A stretch of DNA of 64,000 nt, taken from Tubiluchus corallicola (lineage: Eukaryota; Animalia; Priapulida). The position numbers and the translations under genes are program-made. The stretch lies in assembly GCA_030141605.1 (NCBI GenBank), contig JAQGDQ010000016.1:1242282-1306281 (forward strand), in the 5' to 3' direction. How positions within the stretch are numbered: the stretch's first letter is position 1; the number at the start of each line of letters is the position of its first letter. Below the pieces are notes generated by a model. The model saw nothing but the letters and a program-made list of their open reading frames with translations, was not told the origin of the DNA and did not search any database. Positions 40,301 to 55,300 of the stretch are shown one piece after another.

Positions 40301-42798
40301 ATGGAGTAAGCGGTTACTATGTTTTTATCTCATCTATCCTGTTATAGATTTTTATTTTATAGCAAATAAATTGCATGACAGTTTGTTACTTTTTACACGT
40401 TTTATTGTTGCATGACCGTCAGTTTGTTATGAGCAACATTTTAAGAGTAAACAGACTGATTCGAATACACTTACTATGACCTACAATACTGGTTTTGCTT
40501 TGGCTTGGAGTAGTACCGTACAATCGTAGCAGCAGTAATACTGCAAGCGTAAAGCCCTGAGCTTGTGTGTGACACTAATAAGTATTTTATTTAATAATTG
40601 CACAACTTATTGTAGTTCAGTAGATGACTCTGGGTTAGGAGATCAGCTAAAAATTGTAAAGAATAATTGTCGTGGAAGCGCATGTGGTGATGCAGAGAAT
40701 ATCCACAAAACTGAAAACATGGTTGCTGTTGAGGAAAAAAATGATAACTGCGGAAAGCATTTCGAAAGCAAGAACAGTGAAGAGAAGAAAACCAGTGACA
40801 TAAAAAGTCAACCAAAAGCAGAGAATATGAATGATGAAGAAGAGCATAAGAAGTCAAAAGTGGAACCAAAAGATTGTGAGGATACAAAATCAGACAACTT
40901 GAAAGAAGCCACTGAGAATGACGAAGTACTATACGAAACGGCTGATGACAACGAAGTGCATTTGAAAAAATCATGGAAGGAGGGATACTTGTATGTAATT
41001 TGCAGCTAAATTTCAGATAATGAAAATTTGTATACACCTTATATTTTATATAAACATTCACTTTCTTCATTTAGAAATTAGGGTTTTAATCAATATGCAT
41101 ATGTGGCTGCACTTTTTTTAAAGTCTACGTAGAACTCTGTCTTACCTTAACTTGAGTTGCCTGTGATATTCATTAACGTCCACAAATCAGTGAAGTCACT
41201 CCAGTACTTTTTTATTGTGGTATCGAGTAACAGCACTTGTTTATTTTTACACACTACAAGAACTTCTGAACTAGTCAGTCCAGTTTGTACGGACCTGTCA
41301 GCCTCAAGATGCAGCAAATCTGGATATTTCTCAAAGGGTTAAAAAGCCTGTATGTTTCTTAAAAAAGCCCGGACTCTTTGTACTCCAGATTTTTTTGACA
41401 TCCACTTGTTAAAAAAGTGAAGCTACCACATCATAGATTATATTTAAGATCAATAATAACTTGGCCATTCCAAAATTTTTGAATCATAATATCCTGTTCA
41501 AAAAAATTGACTGGGCACTGATTGCAATAAAATGAGACAGTTTTTGGGTTCTTTTCATTGTGAAATGAGCTTATTTAAGTTATTACAGGCTGCTCAGATG
41601 TGGCGGCATTCTAAACTACTTTGTGAAAGAAAAATTTGGTATTTTTTAGTTTTAATTAGTATAGCTGGTGGCCAAATTCTGCATAATGTGTACTGCATTT
41701 TTCTTTATTTTTTGATAATAGGTATTATATTAATTGTTTCAATGCAGCAGAGAAATTAGCTAAAACTTCATAGCGTAGTGCTGTGTATTTTGTTTAGCAT
41801 GGACCAGTTTTCGCAAATTTTAATTTTTGCCTGTCAATTATCATTAAAAACAAAACTTAGTGGAATTTGCAGGGCTTGAAAAGATCTACAAAATGGTATA
41901 AAGTTTGTATGTTTAGCGCATTTTCAAAAAAAGTACAGTCAAAGAGTGGACATTTTTGCATAGTTACTAATGCCATATTTAATCAAGGTTGGTTTCACTA
42001 CATTATGTGAAAAATTTGTGACTATTTTATAAACTGCAGCTCTAGACTCCTATGTAGAGCTTTTTGTATACTTGACGAGAACTTTCGACCAAGTAAACAA
42101 CTGATACCTTTTCAGAAAAATGCCAAGTTGGAAGTTTGTTGTTCCCAGCTGTATTATTGTTGCTGTCATGGCCGTCCTCGCACAAATCGAGTTTCCAACA
42201 CAACTAATCCTGCTGGAAAAAACAGTAGCACTACCTGCAACTATTGATGAGGTATTTAACATGGTTTCCGATCTTGAAAAGTTGCCTGAGGTTTGTATCA
42301 ATCTGTTAACTTTGTCAATCTGAAATAAACGTTTATTAATCGTAAAGGAGTTAATCAATTTACAAACATTACATTGCTTTATCTTGTATATGCCAAGCTG
42401 TTTGTTTTTGTGAACTCTCTTTCTAATGTCATGGTCTAGTTTTTATAAAAGGTTTAAGGTTTACATTAATGCTCTTGATAATAAAAAGCTCTATGAAACT
42501 ACTTATACTGGTAGCATAGTTCTAATGGAATATCATAGACTTTAAGGATTATCATAGACTCACTGATTGTTTGTTTAAAAGCTACTGTAATGCTTGTATC
42601 ACGCAAGACTCTTGCATTATTTGAGTGTAACATTTACAATAACACCTGCGTCATGTTGAATATTTTATTCTTCCGGTGGCTGCCACATTTACGACCTTAC
42701 AGATTTTTTGTGGCAGTCTCCTTGACATGTCGTTACATTGTATACGTAATATTTTACATCGAATATTGTAAAAATAAATTGTCTACTATTACTACTAT

Positions 42799-42885
<87 letters not shown>

Positions 42886-44828
42886 CACTACCACTACCAC
42901 TACCACTACCACTACTACTAATGTGATGTAGAATTACTTATATAACCACTTTCCAAGAAACTGACAGTTTAATGTGCTATATTTCTATTTTAGTGGATGC
43001 CTGAAGCTGGAATGGTAATAGCGCAAGATAGCCTACCCATAGGCAAAGAAAAAACGTATAGTATCATTACTTCGGCACCAATCGGACGTACGTTGTGATT
43101 GTTTGCATTAAATTTTCATGGGTCACTTGACCACTTTTTAGTTTATTTTCATATATTCACTAATAGTAGTTACATAACTCTTTTCAGCAAGGTGTTAAAA
43201 TTTAGTATGACATTTTCTCATTGAAATATAGCAAGTCCTCACTTAACATCAGGAATTGATTTAGTAAAGTATATAGTATCAACAAAATTGTTGTCAAGTG
43301 AAGCCATACTGTCAGGGGAATTAGTATTAATACATGGAAGATTGGATGTGTATAAGTCTTGATAGTTTGTGAGCTTCATTACTTACATTTACACAGACTA
43401 TTTCTGGAATACTAATTGCAGTAACTGGCGATTACCCCATTTGAATAAAATTTGGGTTATTTTGTGGCAGTTTCTTGTAGCGCAGTGTAATAAATTATTG
43501 ACTTGAATTTCAAGAATAGTTTATAATTTAGGTATTACTGTTGTAGATTCCTTTGTTGTGCACTGTTCACTTATGATGTTTTATCTTTTCCTCAGCCTAA
43601 AATGCAAACAAGATGACTGTAGCCTATACATATACCCTAAAAGGCAATGCCTTCTTTATGCGACAGTTTCATCATGCATCATCATATCATTTGTAAGAGG
43701 GGGGGGAAGCATCCGCCGCCCTCCCAGAAGAGAACTCCCAAGTACAGAACATTTGTAGTTCCTAGTCACATGAAAAACCAAATTAGGTGCACTCTGCAAG
43801 CAGCTAGATTTTAACTGTGTTCCCCTGCATGATTTTGCATTTTAGCTGATTGAGTTTGCCAAAAGTATCTTGGCACTCTAAGTAACAAAGCTGGCAGCCA
43901 AGTGTGTTGCGTGAATCAGCAACCAACAGTTCGCATGCTTAAACAGTATTTCTGTTATTAGAACATCAAAACCTAAGATGATAATTTTAATCCCTAGATG
44001 TTTCTTTGTAAGTGTAAATATGTGCTGTGCCTCGAGTTCTTTTCTAAGTAGTGTGAAATGGGAATTACTTGCTATTCAAACTGAGGATTTTCCTTTGTTA
44101 AAACCAAATTACAACCATCGAATTTTCAAGAACTTGAGTCTGAAATTATTAACTATATGTTTTTTTAATGCAGCTGGTTTTCGTTCCTATGCAAAAATCA
44201 GAAAGTTTAAAGCACTTGAGCATATCGAGTACGTTATAGAGTCACTGATTTTTCCTCGTCGAATCACTTTTGATTTCAACACTGAAAAAGATTCAACCCT
44301 TAAAAGAAACCTGACCCGATTAACAGTAAAGATGGATGTCGGAAAGATGAGCTATCTTTATCGGGTGAGTGTACGCATTGATGGTACATGTTAGTAGTTT
44401 TCCTTTCGTCTCCTAGAATTATATTTTTTTATGTTTTAATGCAGTTGCCACTCTACAAGCCAAGATCCTGGACTCACCTGCTGTGCTGATGGTTGTGGCT
44501 GGACTGAAACATAGCTCATTGTCTAGGATAATCTTCTGATGTGAGACACTAAAGTGGCAAATGTATCTTTTCTCAGATTCACCTACAATCTTCTTTAAAC
44601 TGCCAGCATTCTAAAGACTGATGACAATGTGGCAAGTTAAACTTCCCAGAAGCTGTATTCTAGTGATCACCCAGCCATTTGCTAACCAGGTCTAGCAGTA
44701 CTTACCTTGCAATCGTTGTATTAATTTTGCAACTTTTTTTATAGTACACTATTCATCCCTGCCTGTCATTTGTTGCTGGTAATTCAGTGCGTAATGGATT
44801 ATTCCGATTACTGTGGACATTTCAATGA
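40301..44828 (+). CDS. Uncharacterised membrane-anchored SRPBCC/START-like (polyketide cyclase-like) domain protein, ~307 aa
   Basis: Exons 40301-40305 (ATGGA|GTAAGC), 40616-40990, 42116-42290, 42994-43087, 44174-44364, 44745-44828, all GT-AG with matching phases (924 nt). Acidic/lysine-rich N-terminus, hydrophobic FVVPSCIIVAVMAVLAQI, then EKTVALPATIDEVFNMVSDLEKLPEWMP, typical of the SRPBCC N-terminal strand-helix. First and last exons are less certain than the core. Confidence 0.75.
42783..42921. repeat. (ACT)n/(ACC)n microsatellite
   Basis: Directly visible; intronic. Confidence 0.95.
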
Positions 44829-45143
44829 CAACTGGAGGACGGGGAAGGTGGAGACTATGTGCAAGAAGACATCTTTCTTGCTCAAAAGCAATAGACGTGC
44901 TGCATTGAATCATTGTTATAATACAAAATCCAGTATCATGGTTTTCAAGTGACTTCTCACAATATTTCAAAACAAGAATTGTTTGCTTTATCCAAATTTT
45001 TATCAGATTGGAAATATAGGCAGCTTAAATGGGCAGAGCTTTAAGAAATCTGATAAAGTGCAGTACAACACGAAAATATGAACTGCTTATAACCGCTCAA
45101 CTGCAAAATAACGCAGTTCTTTGAGATTACATCTCCACTGATG

Positions 45144-45516
45144 CAGAACTGGGATGATTCACTTAACCGGTTAATTTTTTATCGGTTAACCGATTAATCG
45201 GATCTAGGCAAAATCGGAGACCTTCTATAATTTGCTGACTGGATCAGTGGATAATCAAATAAACAAGAAATTTACAATGCAAACATATATCAGGAATATG
45301 TTCAAATAAGAGTGAAACTTTTATACATAGGAAGTGAAAAGTGTGTTTGTAAGGATGCCAAGCATTGTTTAACTAAGTGCAACACTTTCCTACATAGAAA
45401 TGAAAAGTCTCTACAGTAAGGATGTGGTTAAGGTTCAAATTATTTATCATTTATATATAAAGATCGGTCAACCGGTTAAAAAAATTTACCGATTAATTTC
45501 CATTAACCCAGCACTG
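45144..45516. mobile_element. hAT-family MITE
   Basis: Ends CAGAACTGGG/CCCAGCACTG, subterminal TAACCG repeats, perfect 8-bp TSD CACTGATG. Confidence 0.85.
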
Positions 45517-47625
45517 CACTGATGTCTGAAGTCCAACAAAATCAAATGGGGATGTACTTTAGTTAAACAATGTCGTTTTGTGAAAGTACGTTGTCAGTGG
45601 GAATTGTCCATGTGATAAGGCTAATACTAGTCAGTTCGAAGCCTTGATTCAGTCTCAATGACTCTTGATCATTTATATATCATGCACTCAATTATAGCTT
45701 ACATAATTCAGGTTATACTAGCACTTTTTACCATATGTCAATATGCTAACTTTGCACTACTGACAAAAACTAGTTTAAAGCTAAAAATTTAAATCTTAGC
45801 ATTCATTGGAATATGCTTATCTCTTATCAGTACCCTGAGACATTCATAGTGTCTATACTGTAGTTTGTTAAATCATTCATAATCTAGAAAGCTATTACAG
45901 TAAGAACATTAATTCTGTTTTGATAGGAAAATAAAATTCTGCAAAAGACTGTGATGAATCTAGTTCATTTAAATGAATCTCAAACGTATATAATGCCTAT
46001 ATGAACTATGCGTTTTTATTTATGTTTTAGAATAGTGTATGTATTGTAACTTGAATGTAGTATGTAGCTTAGAAGTATGTGTCACTTCACATTATTTACA
46101 ATTCCGTCCATTGCAATATGCCTGTTCAGCACACTATTTTTAAATAGGAAGCAATGCTGATGATATTATCCAGTAAGTTGAATATGTTACTTGTTATTAG
46201 ATAGTTGCATAAACTGTGGAAAGCTAAAAAATCACTTCAAATAAAATGAAGTCCCAAGTGCATTTGAATAAATTATGTGCATTATAAATTATTATTATTA
46301 CTAACATAAATAAAATTGCATTCCTAATGCAGGTTGTGTGGAATACATTGTGCCTTATTTATATTGTGATTTACTTTCTGCTATAGTTTGCTCATGGTGT
46401 TACACTTTTTTCTATTTCTGTACTAATATTTTGCACTTTATTGAGCAGTTGCAACAAAGCCCGACTTTATGTATTAAGGTTGTTATCATAATATGCAGTT
46501 TAATAATGCACGTTACCTTATTATCAGTTTAATAATGCACGTTTATGACAATAATTGTAACACATTAACTTTTATATGCAATAGAAGTATGGGGCAGACA
46601 TAAAAATACCAAAATTGAAGTGAAATCAGATGTTCCAAACTTACTGTTAGGCCCTACATGACATATAGTTTGTATTATTGTTGAAAATGCAGTGCTTGTA
46701 AGAGTGAGTTTCCAAATGTTTCACAGTCATTCTCACTAGTAATTACAACCTTTTATTGGGTATAGTCTATTGTTTTTGTGCAATGAGGTGGCTGTTACAT
46801 AATATTATTTTCTTTACATGCATTTGTTCAAATAGTTACTTTTACACTGTTTTTGAATTTGTCGGGGAAGCTGTGTAGCAAATGAGCATTGAGGGACCAA
46901 CACTATTTGTGAGACAGTCTGCCTTACCTATTTTTGGATCATTCCACTTTATGCTAGATAATGGTTTGTTCATTCACCAATTTAACTTTTGTGTGAATAA
47001 ATTTTTGCAATTTGCGCACAAATTTTGATTTTGATTTGACTTAATTCATTCCAGGTAACTTTTTCCAAATCGTAGTGTTTCAGAAACCACTAGTTTTGTT
47101 GGGTAAAGCGGGCCTATTTCTTATTCTATTTGATAACCCTAACCTTTAACTTCATCAAATTAAAGTTTGGTGTTTGATTATAAATATTAGGTTCTGTTAT
47201 CGAGTCTCCAATACAAACAATACCCCTGTCAGGTATTAATGTGTGATTAATTTAAAATCTGTAGCTCTACTCCATGCAATTAAATAAAACTAAAATTTAA
47301 ATGGTCTTTAACTCTATATACACTAAGATCAGTAGTTTAACGATTAATATAAAGTGTGATAGTCTCAGTACATAGCAAATTTTTTCACTGGAATTTTATT
47401 TTTTCACAATCCAAAGCAAAAATTTGCAGTAACCGATTTAATAAAATGAGTAAATTCAATACTCGTGTAAAAATAAATTTTTGCATAATTTCAACAGGTG
47501 TTAATCTATCTACATCACAATTAAATATCAAATTTGCTATAAAAATAAATTTCAGGAATCTACAGCATGTATGATAGGTCATCATCCCACTTTAAAACAT
47601 CACACCCCACTCAAGTATCCATTCC

Positions 47626-48128
47626 AAATCTAAAACCAATTCGTATTTGACTAAAACACCATTAGTTTGAAAACTGATCTAATTGTTGATATGAGCAAAC
47701 CTTTGGTTCCCAACTGGAATGCAAAATGTGCCATAATTGAACATACGGTAATGTCCAACCCCCTTTTGCTGCTTATTTAAGAACGATTTGTCTTATTAAT
47801 AGTGAAGTTACTACACAAAATCAAGTAAAAAATAGCAATAAAAGAAAAGATGCTTAAAAAACAGGCAATGATATGTTAAACGTCTAGTAATCAGTTTCTT
47901 ATAACACTAAATCTAAAACCATTTGGTATTTAACTAAAACATTAGTATGAATGCTAATTGTTGATATGAGCAAAGCTTTCGTTTCCAACTGGCATGCAAG
48001 ATGTGTTGTACAATAACTGAACACGGTAATCTCGATTCCTTTTAACAAAAATGAAGTTCAATACAATCAAGTAAAAAGTAGCAAACAAAACAAAAAGCAT
48101 TAAAAAACAGGGAATGGTGTGTCAAACA
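47626..48128. repeat. Diverged tandem duplication, period ~283 bp, downstream of the PBLD stop
   Basis: AAATCTAAAACCA...CTAATTGTTGATATGAGCAAA...TCAAGTAAAAA occurs at 47626 and 47909. Confidence 0.8.
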
Positions 48129-48275
48129 CAGTAAATAGTAAATTATCGAGCTAGCATTCTTAAAGCAAAAGACGTAAATCGGTTTGTTTATAGTGAACAG
48201 AACCTTGCACATGTCTGTCTTTGAGTACCATACATCAACTTTCTTTCTGAAGAACAGAAGTAAATCGTCTCAAGT

Positions 48276-49287
48276 CTAGATACCAGGCACATTCATCCTG
48301 CCTTCCACGACTATAACTGCTTGTCCTGACACAGCCACCCTCCCATCTCCTTTCACATCTATTGCCAAGTCTCCGCCACGTTTTGAACACTGGCGAGCTG
48401 AAAAAAAAACAAGCTGGTGTTAAATACTACGATTCTTTATTCGTCTGATAACCTGACAATTCTAGTTTCCCAACTTTGCTTGAATGACTGTTGTTGCTGG
48501 TCATTGCTATTTACTTAGCTAATTACGGTTGCTAATTTTCCAATTTTTGCAAAGTTAGTAGAATGTTTTTGACTGACAATAATGCAAAAATGATAAGTCT
48601 GTTGCACTAAAATCGCATAAAACGAAAAAATTATTTGAGTAATTTGTATATGACTTGAGATGTTAACTGAATGCTATTGAACTCTAAAAGGACATCAACA
48701 ATCACAAATATAAGTGTGCCCATGCAAGTCTTGTTTGCTAAATGGTATACACACAACATGCCATCTGCATTAAATACACAAAGTGCTATTAAATCCAAAT
48801 AAGAAGTTGTTAGTTTGACTGCTGGTAGGTTTTTCTTTTAGGCGGTGAATGTCAGATACAAGTTTACAACAAAGCACAAAAACCTGTGAAAATATCTGAT
48901 AATTTAAAAAACTGATTTTAAAATTAGTTATAAAATGATAACATTGTCGCACGAAAGTAGAAGTAAGTCTACTTAGAAATATGAGTTTTTTTTACTAAAT
49001 TATGGATGTTTCGATATCCCACAATAAGGGAATTAATTAGAAAACTAAGCTAGTTAACAGTCTAATTTAATAATCTAATAGATACACTACTATGTTCACG
49101 TGCTAACCATTAATGAAAGATTTTATTCCTATAACTAAGTACAGTTCTATGTATACTATAGTAACTAAGTATAGTAACTGGATGATGCTCGAAAATAAGA
49201 AATTCTGTGATGACGAAATTTACCTGCATAATAGGAGAAATGAGTTCTAATATTTTAAAGTATGGGGTTAGTGCTATACTCATATAT

Positions 49288-49319
<32 letters not shown>

Positions 49320-52300
49320 CACAGATATGACTAAAAGCCAGTCTAAATAAATACTATAGTTATGTTAACACACAATATTTACACAATAACATTTTCACTG
49401 GTATCTCCCAATCAAAAAATAAGCTTAGCTTCATAAAGTGGCACTGAATACATGGAATCCTCAACACTGAATCAGACAGCCGTTTCATAAGAAAACGTTT
49501 TCTATTTTCATATGTAACTGCATCATGCTATCATTCCGATATTATGTGCTTTGTACAGTCATGACAACATAAGTATTCACAATACTTTAAGTACCACGCA
49601 AATGTTGCTTATCAAGGCATTTCGACCAATAAGGTGCCAACACAGTGTGTGCAGAACCAGTCACTGGATCCTCCGGAATCCCGTTCCAAGGTGTAAAGAA
49701 GCGTGAAAAGAAGTCATAACCATCATCGCTGTCATCTCCTTGAAGTGAAATAATTACGCCACGTATCACGCCAGTCGAGTCTGATGCCACCATCTTATCA
49801 ATCTGAGGATTTAGCGACTCCAGATCATTTCTAAATAAATAAACATATTTTTCAGACAGGAATACAAAAAAACTCACGCAAAATTTTATTTATACCCTGC
49901 TTGCAATCAGCAAGCGACGATGTACAGCCACTGGTATCAGTTAATTTTAAAACAACAATAGCGACAACCGACTAACACAGAAATCTTTGACAAGGATGAT
50001 AAATCTTTTATTCAACAAATTGTAATACAATAATACACAAAGAGTGCCTCTTTTTGCAGGCAGACGTTTAATAAAGTTTACAGCATAATACAGTGAAATC
50101 TTATTTGTTAGCACATTAAAAATAAATAACAATCCATATTAAACTAACTTCATTATGGGTCCAACATATTTTATATTACATCGCTTCCCATAGCCTCATA
50201 GAAGCATTATTTCCCAACTGAAAACAAAGTGGGCTATTCCTTTACCTTACTACACGACAAATCTTCATCTTGAGAATAACACAATTTAACAGTTTAATCA
50301 TTTTGTTATTCGAGCAACACAATAAATTGCTATTATAGAGATCTGCAGTTTCTCGAAATAAAAGCATCTTTAATTAAACAAATGAAAGCATCAAAAATTA
50401 TTGTCTCTTTTACATACAACACAATTGAACACAGTTCTTTATCTCCAATAAAGTACCACTACAAATGTGTAGTAAATGGCAAATTTAACATCAAAATCTG
50501 TCGTTTGAAACTAAGGACAAGCACAATCGCTCGCCCACTAATGATAACTCTCTTAACAATAAAGATTCTCTATTATTATACTGTTCAGAACGTTCAGAGC
50601 AAAGTTGCCCCACATTTTACAAATAGTGCACCTCTACTATATTTAGAAACACAAAAGTTTTACTTACATGTATCGAGTGATTAGCCCCAAAGACTACTTG
50701 CAAGTAATTTGAAATAGAAGGGCTACATAATAAGCCAAAAAATATTAATGTCTAACAGCAGTATAAATGAACGACTAATTTTCAAGCTTTTTTTACATCT
50801 AGTCCTTTAATTCAAGCCACCTAGCCCATCATGTCAAAAATTTTACATCATTACATCGAAATTTTTACCGCTACACTGAAAATAATGAATCATGTGTAGA
50901 TTTTTTTATTATTTGATTGGAATGGCCCCAACACCTGGGTACAGAAAAACCTACTTTTTTGTGACTAATTAACAGGATTAGCTTCTAATGATGTAATCCC
51001 TAGAAAAGAGCTGAAAAACTCCTGGAACACCCCAAATTAACTAGTCAACTAACAGGAGCATCTAGATGCCGTAACAGCTTAGAAATGACTACCCATCGTG
51101 CAAATGTGTTATAAGCATAGAATTCCTGACATCACAGAATATGGCAGTGACTCATATTTCTGCAACTAAAGGTAACAAATCCAATGTGCTATACTCCCAA
51201 GTCTTACAGTATACTATATGTGATCCTTTCAACATTGAACCGTACCAATGGTAAATATAATGATCTTACGAGAACAAAAGAGTACATACAGTACCTTGTC
51301 AAGTTACTATCGAGAACTATCAGTAGTTTCTTGGTCGTTGGTGAATACTGCACATCTTTTACAGGCAGATTGCCTACACAAACCTGCAAGATTAAAATTA
51401 ACTTTCACTTGGCATCAGTAAATTCAAATAAAAACACAAAGTGAAATTGTCGAAATTCTACTATTGAATTCATTTTATTGTTTAAAGTGGTAGCAGTTAT
51501 TTTTTAAATTACCTTTACTGTGTGTGAGATGGGAAATTATAATGACAATTACTCCTTCTTTTTTCTTACAATAAGATCTTAGCCTGTGACATTAAATAAA
51601 TATATGCAGTTAATTACAGCGATACTATGTACAGTGAATAGTGATTGTATTTTCTTCATTTACAGTCATACTAAACCTCGCTATAACATAAGGTTTTACA
51701 GCTTAAAATCCTACCCCATTTACGAATATTCAATTTACTTTATTATAAACTTACTGTAAAACTTGTTTCTTTTGATTTTTTATTAAATGGCTGTTAGCGG
51801 TATTAAATTCGAAGAACCGCCATTTTTGTTGCGTGAGACGAATGGCGTTATGAGTAAAGTCACAAAGTCACCAAAGATTGGCAAACAAACATCGGTAACC
51901 GAAGACGCTTTCTGTACCTCGTATGTCATTTTAGCTCACTGGTGCCAAACAAGCGAAACACTGCAATTTTTACGGTAATGCACGCGTTCGAAATTTGCAA
52001 GAAAAAGGTAACTTATTTAATTTATCTCTTTTTTGTTTAATAACAACTATGAATACTTTATGTAATCATAATAATGTGTTAAGGAAACTTCAGTGTCTGT
52101 TGGGGTTATACAGGCCTTTAAAAAATTGAAATGTTTGATACTTAGGCCCTTATACAAGTCAACTAAAGTTTCAAAGTTGTGGAACTACGAACAACGAATG
52201 TAGCATTAGCACAAATTATGCAAATTTAAGTTAAAAATCTTGAAAAATCAACATGCTGTGTTTGTTTTCCAATTCAGTAAACTAATCGCAAACAATCGGT

Positions 52301-55300
52301 ACATCTTTGTACTGCATGCATATTAAATGAGCACATTCAATACTCAAAATAAATAACTTTGATTAATACTGTTTTTACCTTCAGCAAATCAACAATGGAT
52401 GACTTATCAAATGGCTGTGGTGGATTGGATGGAAGATCCATTAACAAATATCCATTCTCTTTCTTCTGCACAGTTAAAGGTCCACTCTTTGTTTCAAAAG
52501 TAAGTGAAGGGGATGTATTACCTATTTATAAAAAAATATTTAAAAACTGAACAATGTGATGTGCACCAGCTATATTCTTGAGGTGTTACTTTTGAGATTT
52601 CAGTATAAATGGATATAAACATATTGTGTAATTATGAAGATGACGATGATGATGGTGATGATGATGAGATGATAACGATGATGGTGCCAACAGTTAAAAG
52701 GGCAATCACTTAGACACTGATGTTACCTGTTTCTATCAAATAAGGTGGTACAACACAGCACATGTATCACAATCTACTGAAATATTGATGAACTTACAGA
52801 AGCTGACATATATTTAGCATTACCAATTGAGAAATATAATACAGCAGCAGTAGCCAGAGTTGCATGGCCACAGAGAGGAACTTCATTAGTAGGAGTAAAC
52901 CAGCGCAATCCAAAATGGCTGCCATGCTGAAAATCATTGCTTCCAGGTTGACTTAACAATTTTACAAATGCAGTTTCCGATATGTTCATTTCGCTTGCAA
53001 TACTTTGCATCACCTCTTCTGATAAGTCATCGTGAGCCTAGAAACGACATATACACAAATAAAAACAAACAAATAGCAAGGAATCTATTTATGATCTACT
53101 ATCCGATAATTTTTTTATTGCCTTTGTTTCTTTTTTTATTGGGTAGCCAGACTATAACAATTTCAGTAGTAATTATAGGGTCAGGTAAAATTTCTTGTTA
53201 TTGTAAGAGTGCTTTGTCACTGCAATAATTACGTCCACTGTGTAAGACTGTAAGGTGTCCAAAGTTGATTTGAGGATTGGCTGTTTGGAAGGTCAGCACT
53301 CCGCTCAGTCCTTTTCACTATTAATAATTATTTCATGATTACTGATTAATGATACTGAATAAGAGGGTCGCACTCTAGTTAAAATTTTCAGATAATGCAA
53401 AGTTGTACAATCCAATTAACTCTGCAGCGGATTCCCTAATTTTACAGAATGACATTCAGTAATGGAGTAGGTTAAGTAATGACTGACAATGTTATTTAAT
53501 GTTGATAAACGTGAGGAAATGCATTGGGGTTTACAGAATCTTAAAAGAAATTACATCATGAATGGAAGCAGAATAACTCTTCATAGTACAGATAGTAAAA
53601 GCAATATTGGTGCGATAATAACATTAAACTTGAAATTTTCCCAGCAATGTATTGTCGCTGTCAAAAAAGCAAATAAGAATTTGGGGACGTTTCTAGAAAG
53701 AAAGAAATTCTTTTGAAATCACACATTGCTTTGGTTAGGCTTCATTAAAATTAGAATGTTAATTTTTTTCCCTTTTGGTAAAAAATAATAGTATAATATA
53801 ACTGTAATGATTAAAATAAAATGTTAATATAACATTATAATTAATTATTGGTTGCTATGTATGGGTAAAGGGGTGACAAATGAACATAAGTTTATTAGAC
53901 CACGGAAATGGAATAAATTTGATTGTTCCATTCTATAAACAAACCTTATATATAACCCCCGATAATATCTTTTAATCATAATTACATATCAATATAATAT
54001 TGATATTCTTAAATAGTGATATTTGTGCTATTTTTCTGGTTTTAATCATGATTAAAAGATATTAGAATAATAAAAGATTATAAAATACTGACCAAGAAAG
54101 AAAACATTTTGCATAAATGTAGATGACAATAAAACTTTTTAAAAAGCGGTAACATTTTGACATTTGTAAATTTTCATTTCTGTGATAGCAAAATAAATGG
54201 AATGGTAATTTGTCTACCATGGTGACTGCCACACCAAGCCTAGTAAAGTTTAAATTTTTAAATGAAGATTATTTTGTGGAAAAATACGGGGTTTCTAGAA
54301 GTGTGCCTGCTTAACTCCTAATCATTACAGCACAACATGCTGCAAAAGGGATGATAACATTAATAATAAAATTAACAGCACGATGAATGACAAACTTCCT
54401 TACTTGCGAAGTCTAAGACCTAGCCATAACACAGTTATTGACGGTCGCTCCTCAACAATTTCCGAAATTGAGGTGTCAACTGTTTCATTATTAAAGTAAA
54501 TACCCAGACATTTTTTATCAATATGAAAATCAACAACTTAAGCAGAAAACGAAATATTGTAATCAAATTCCAGCATTTTTATCCATGGCAGTCAGGTGAA
54601 TTAATTAATGAAACGTGTTAAATCTCATTTTAAACGTGTTGAACACTTGCGGTACAGTTTCTACACTCTCCATGCTTCACCTGCGTGTGGTGAATAACGT
54701 TGTGGCAGGATGAGGGCGGTCATCCGAAAAGTATTATTGTATGCCGGTACAGGTCTGCATTTACTGGCTGGCGAACTGCCGCGTGTTAAACTGTTGAAAG
54801 TACAGCAGTTTATTTTCATGTTGTGTAACTTTTTCGTATGTTATACGTGTGCAAATACCCAGAATTTGTGTAGCAGAGGATGTAGTAAAGCAACAAGCGA
54901 TGATGACAGTCTTTTTAAGTCTACTGCCATGACGTCATCAGTGCATAGCCGCCCGAGCGCTGAATTGCGTGTATAAAGCAATTGGCATAAGTAAAATCGA
55001 GCAATTATTTATCTAATTACTTAATTATTTTCGAAAAGCGATAAGAATATCATTTCAACACATCATCCTTAAACTTTTGCTAAAAATTGCTGATGAGGCT
55101 GGGCTTTTACTTTAAGTGAATTCCAAGGGCCCACAACACGAGAAGCGAAGAAATGGGCTCTCATGTTAGTGCGAGAGCATTGTACAAATAATTTAGAATT
55201 GTCCATGTGAATCATGCAGTGGTCTAGAAAAAAATTTGTTGCTACACAAATTGGAACTATCACTAATGACTTTTTAACAGGTAATAAGATCTATAGTATC

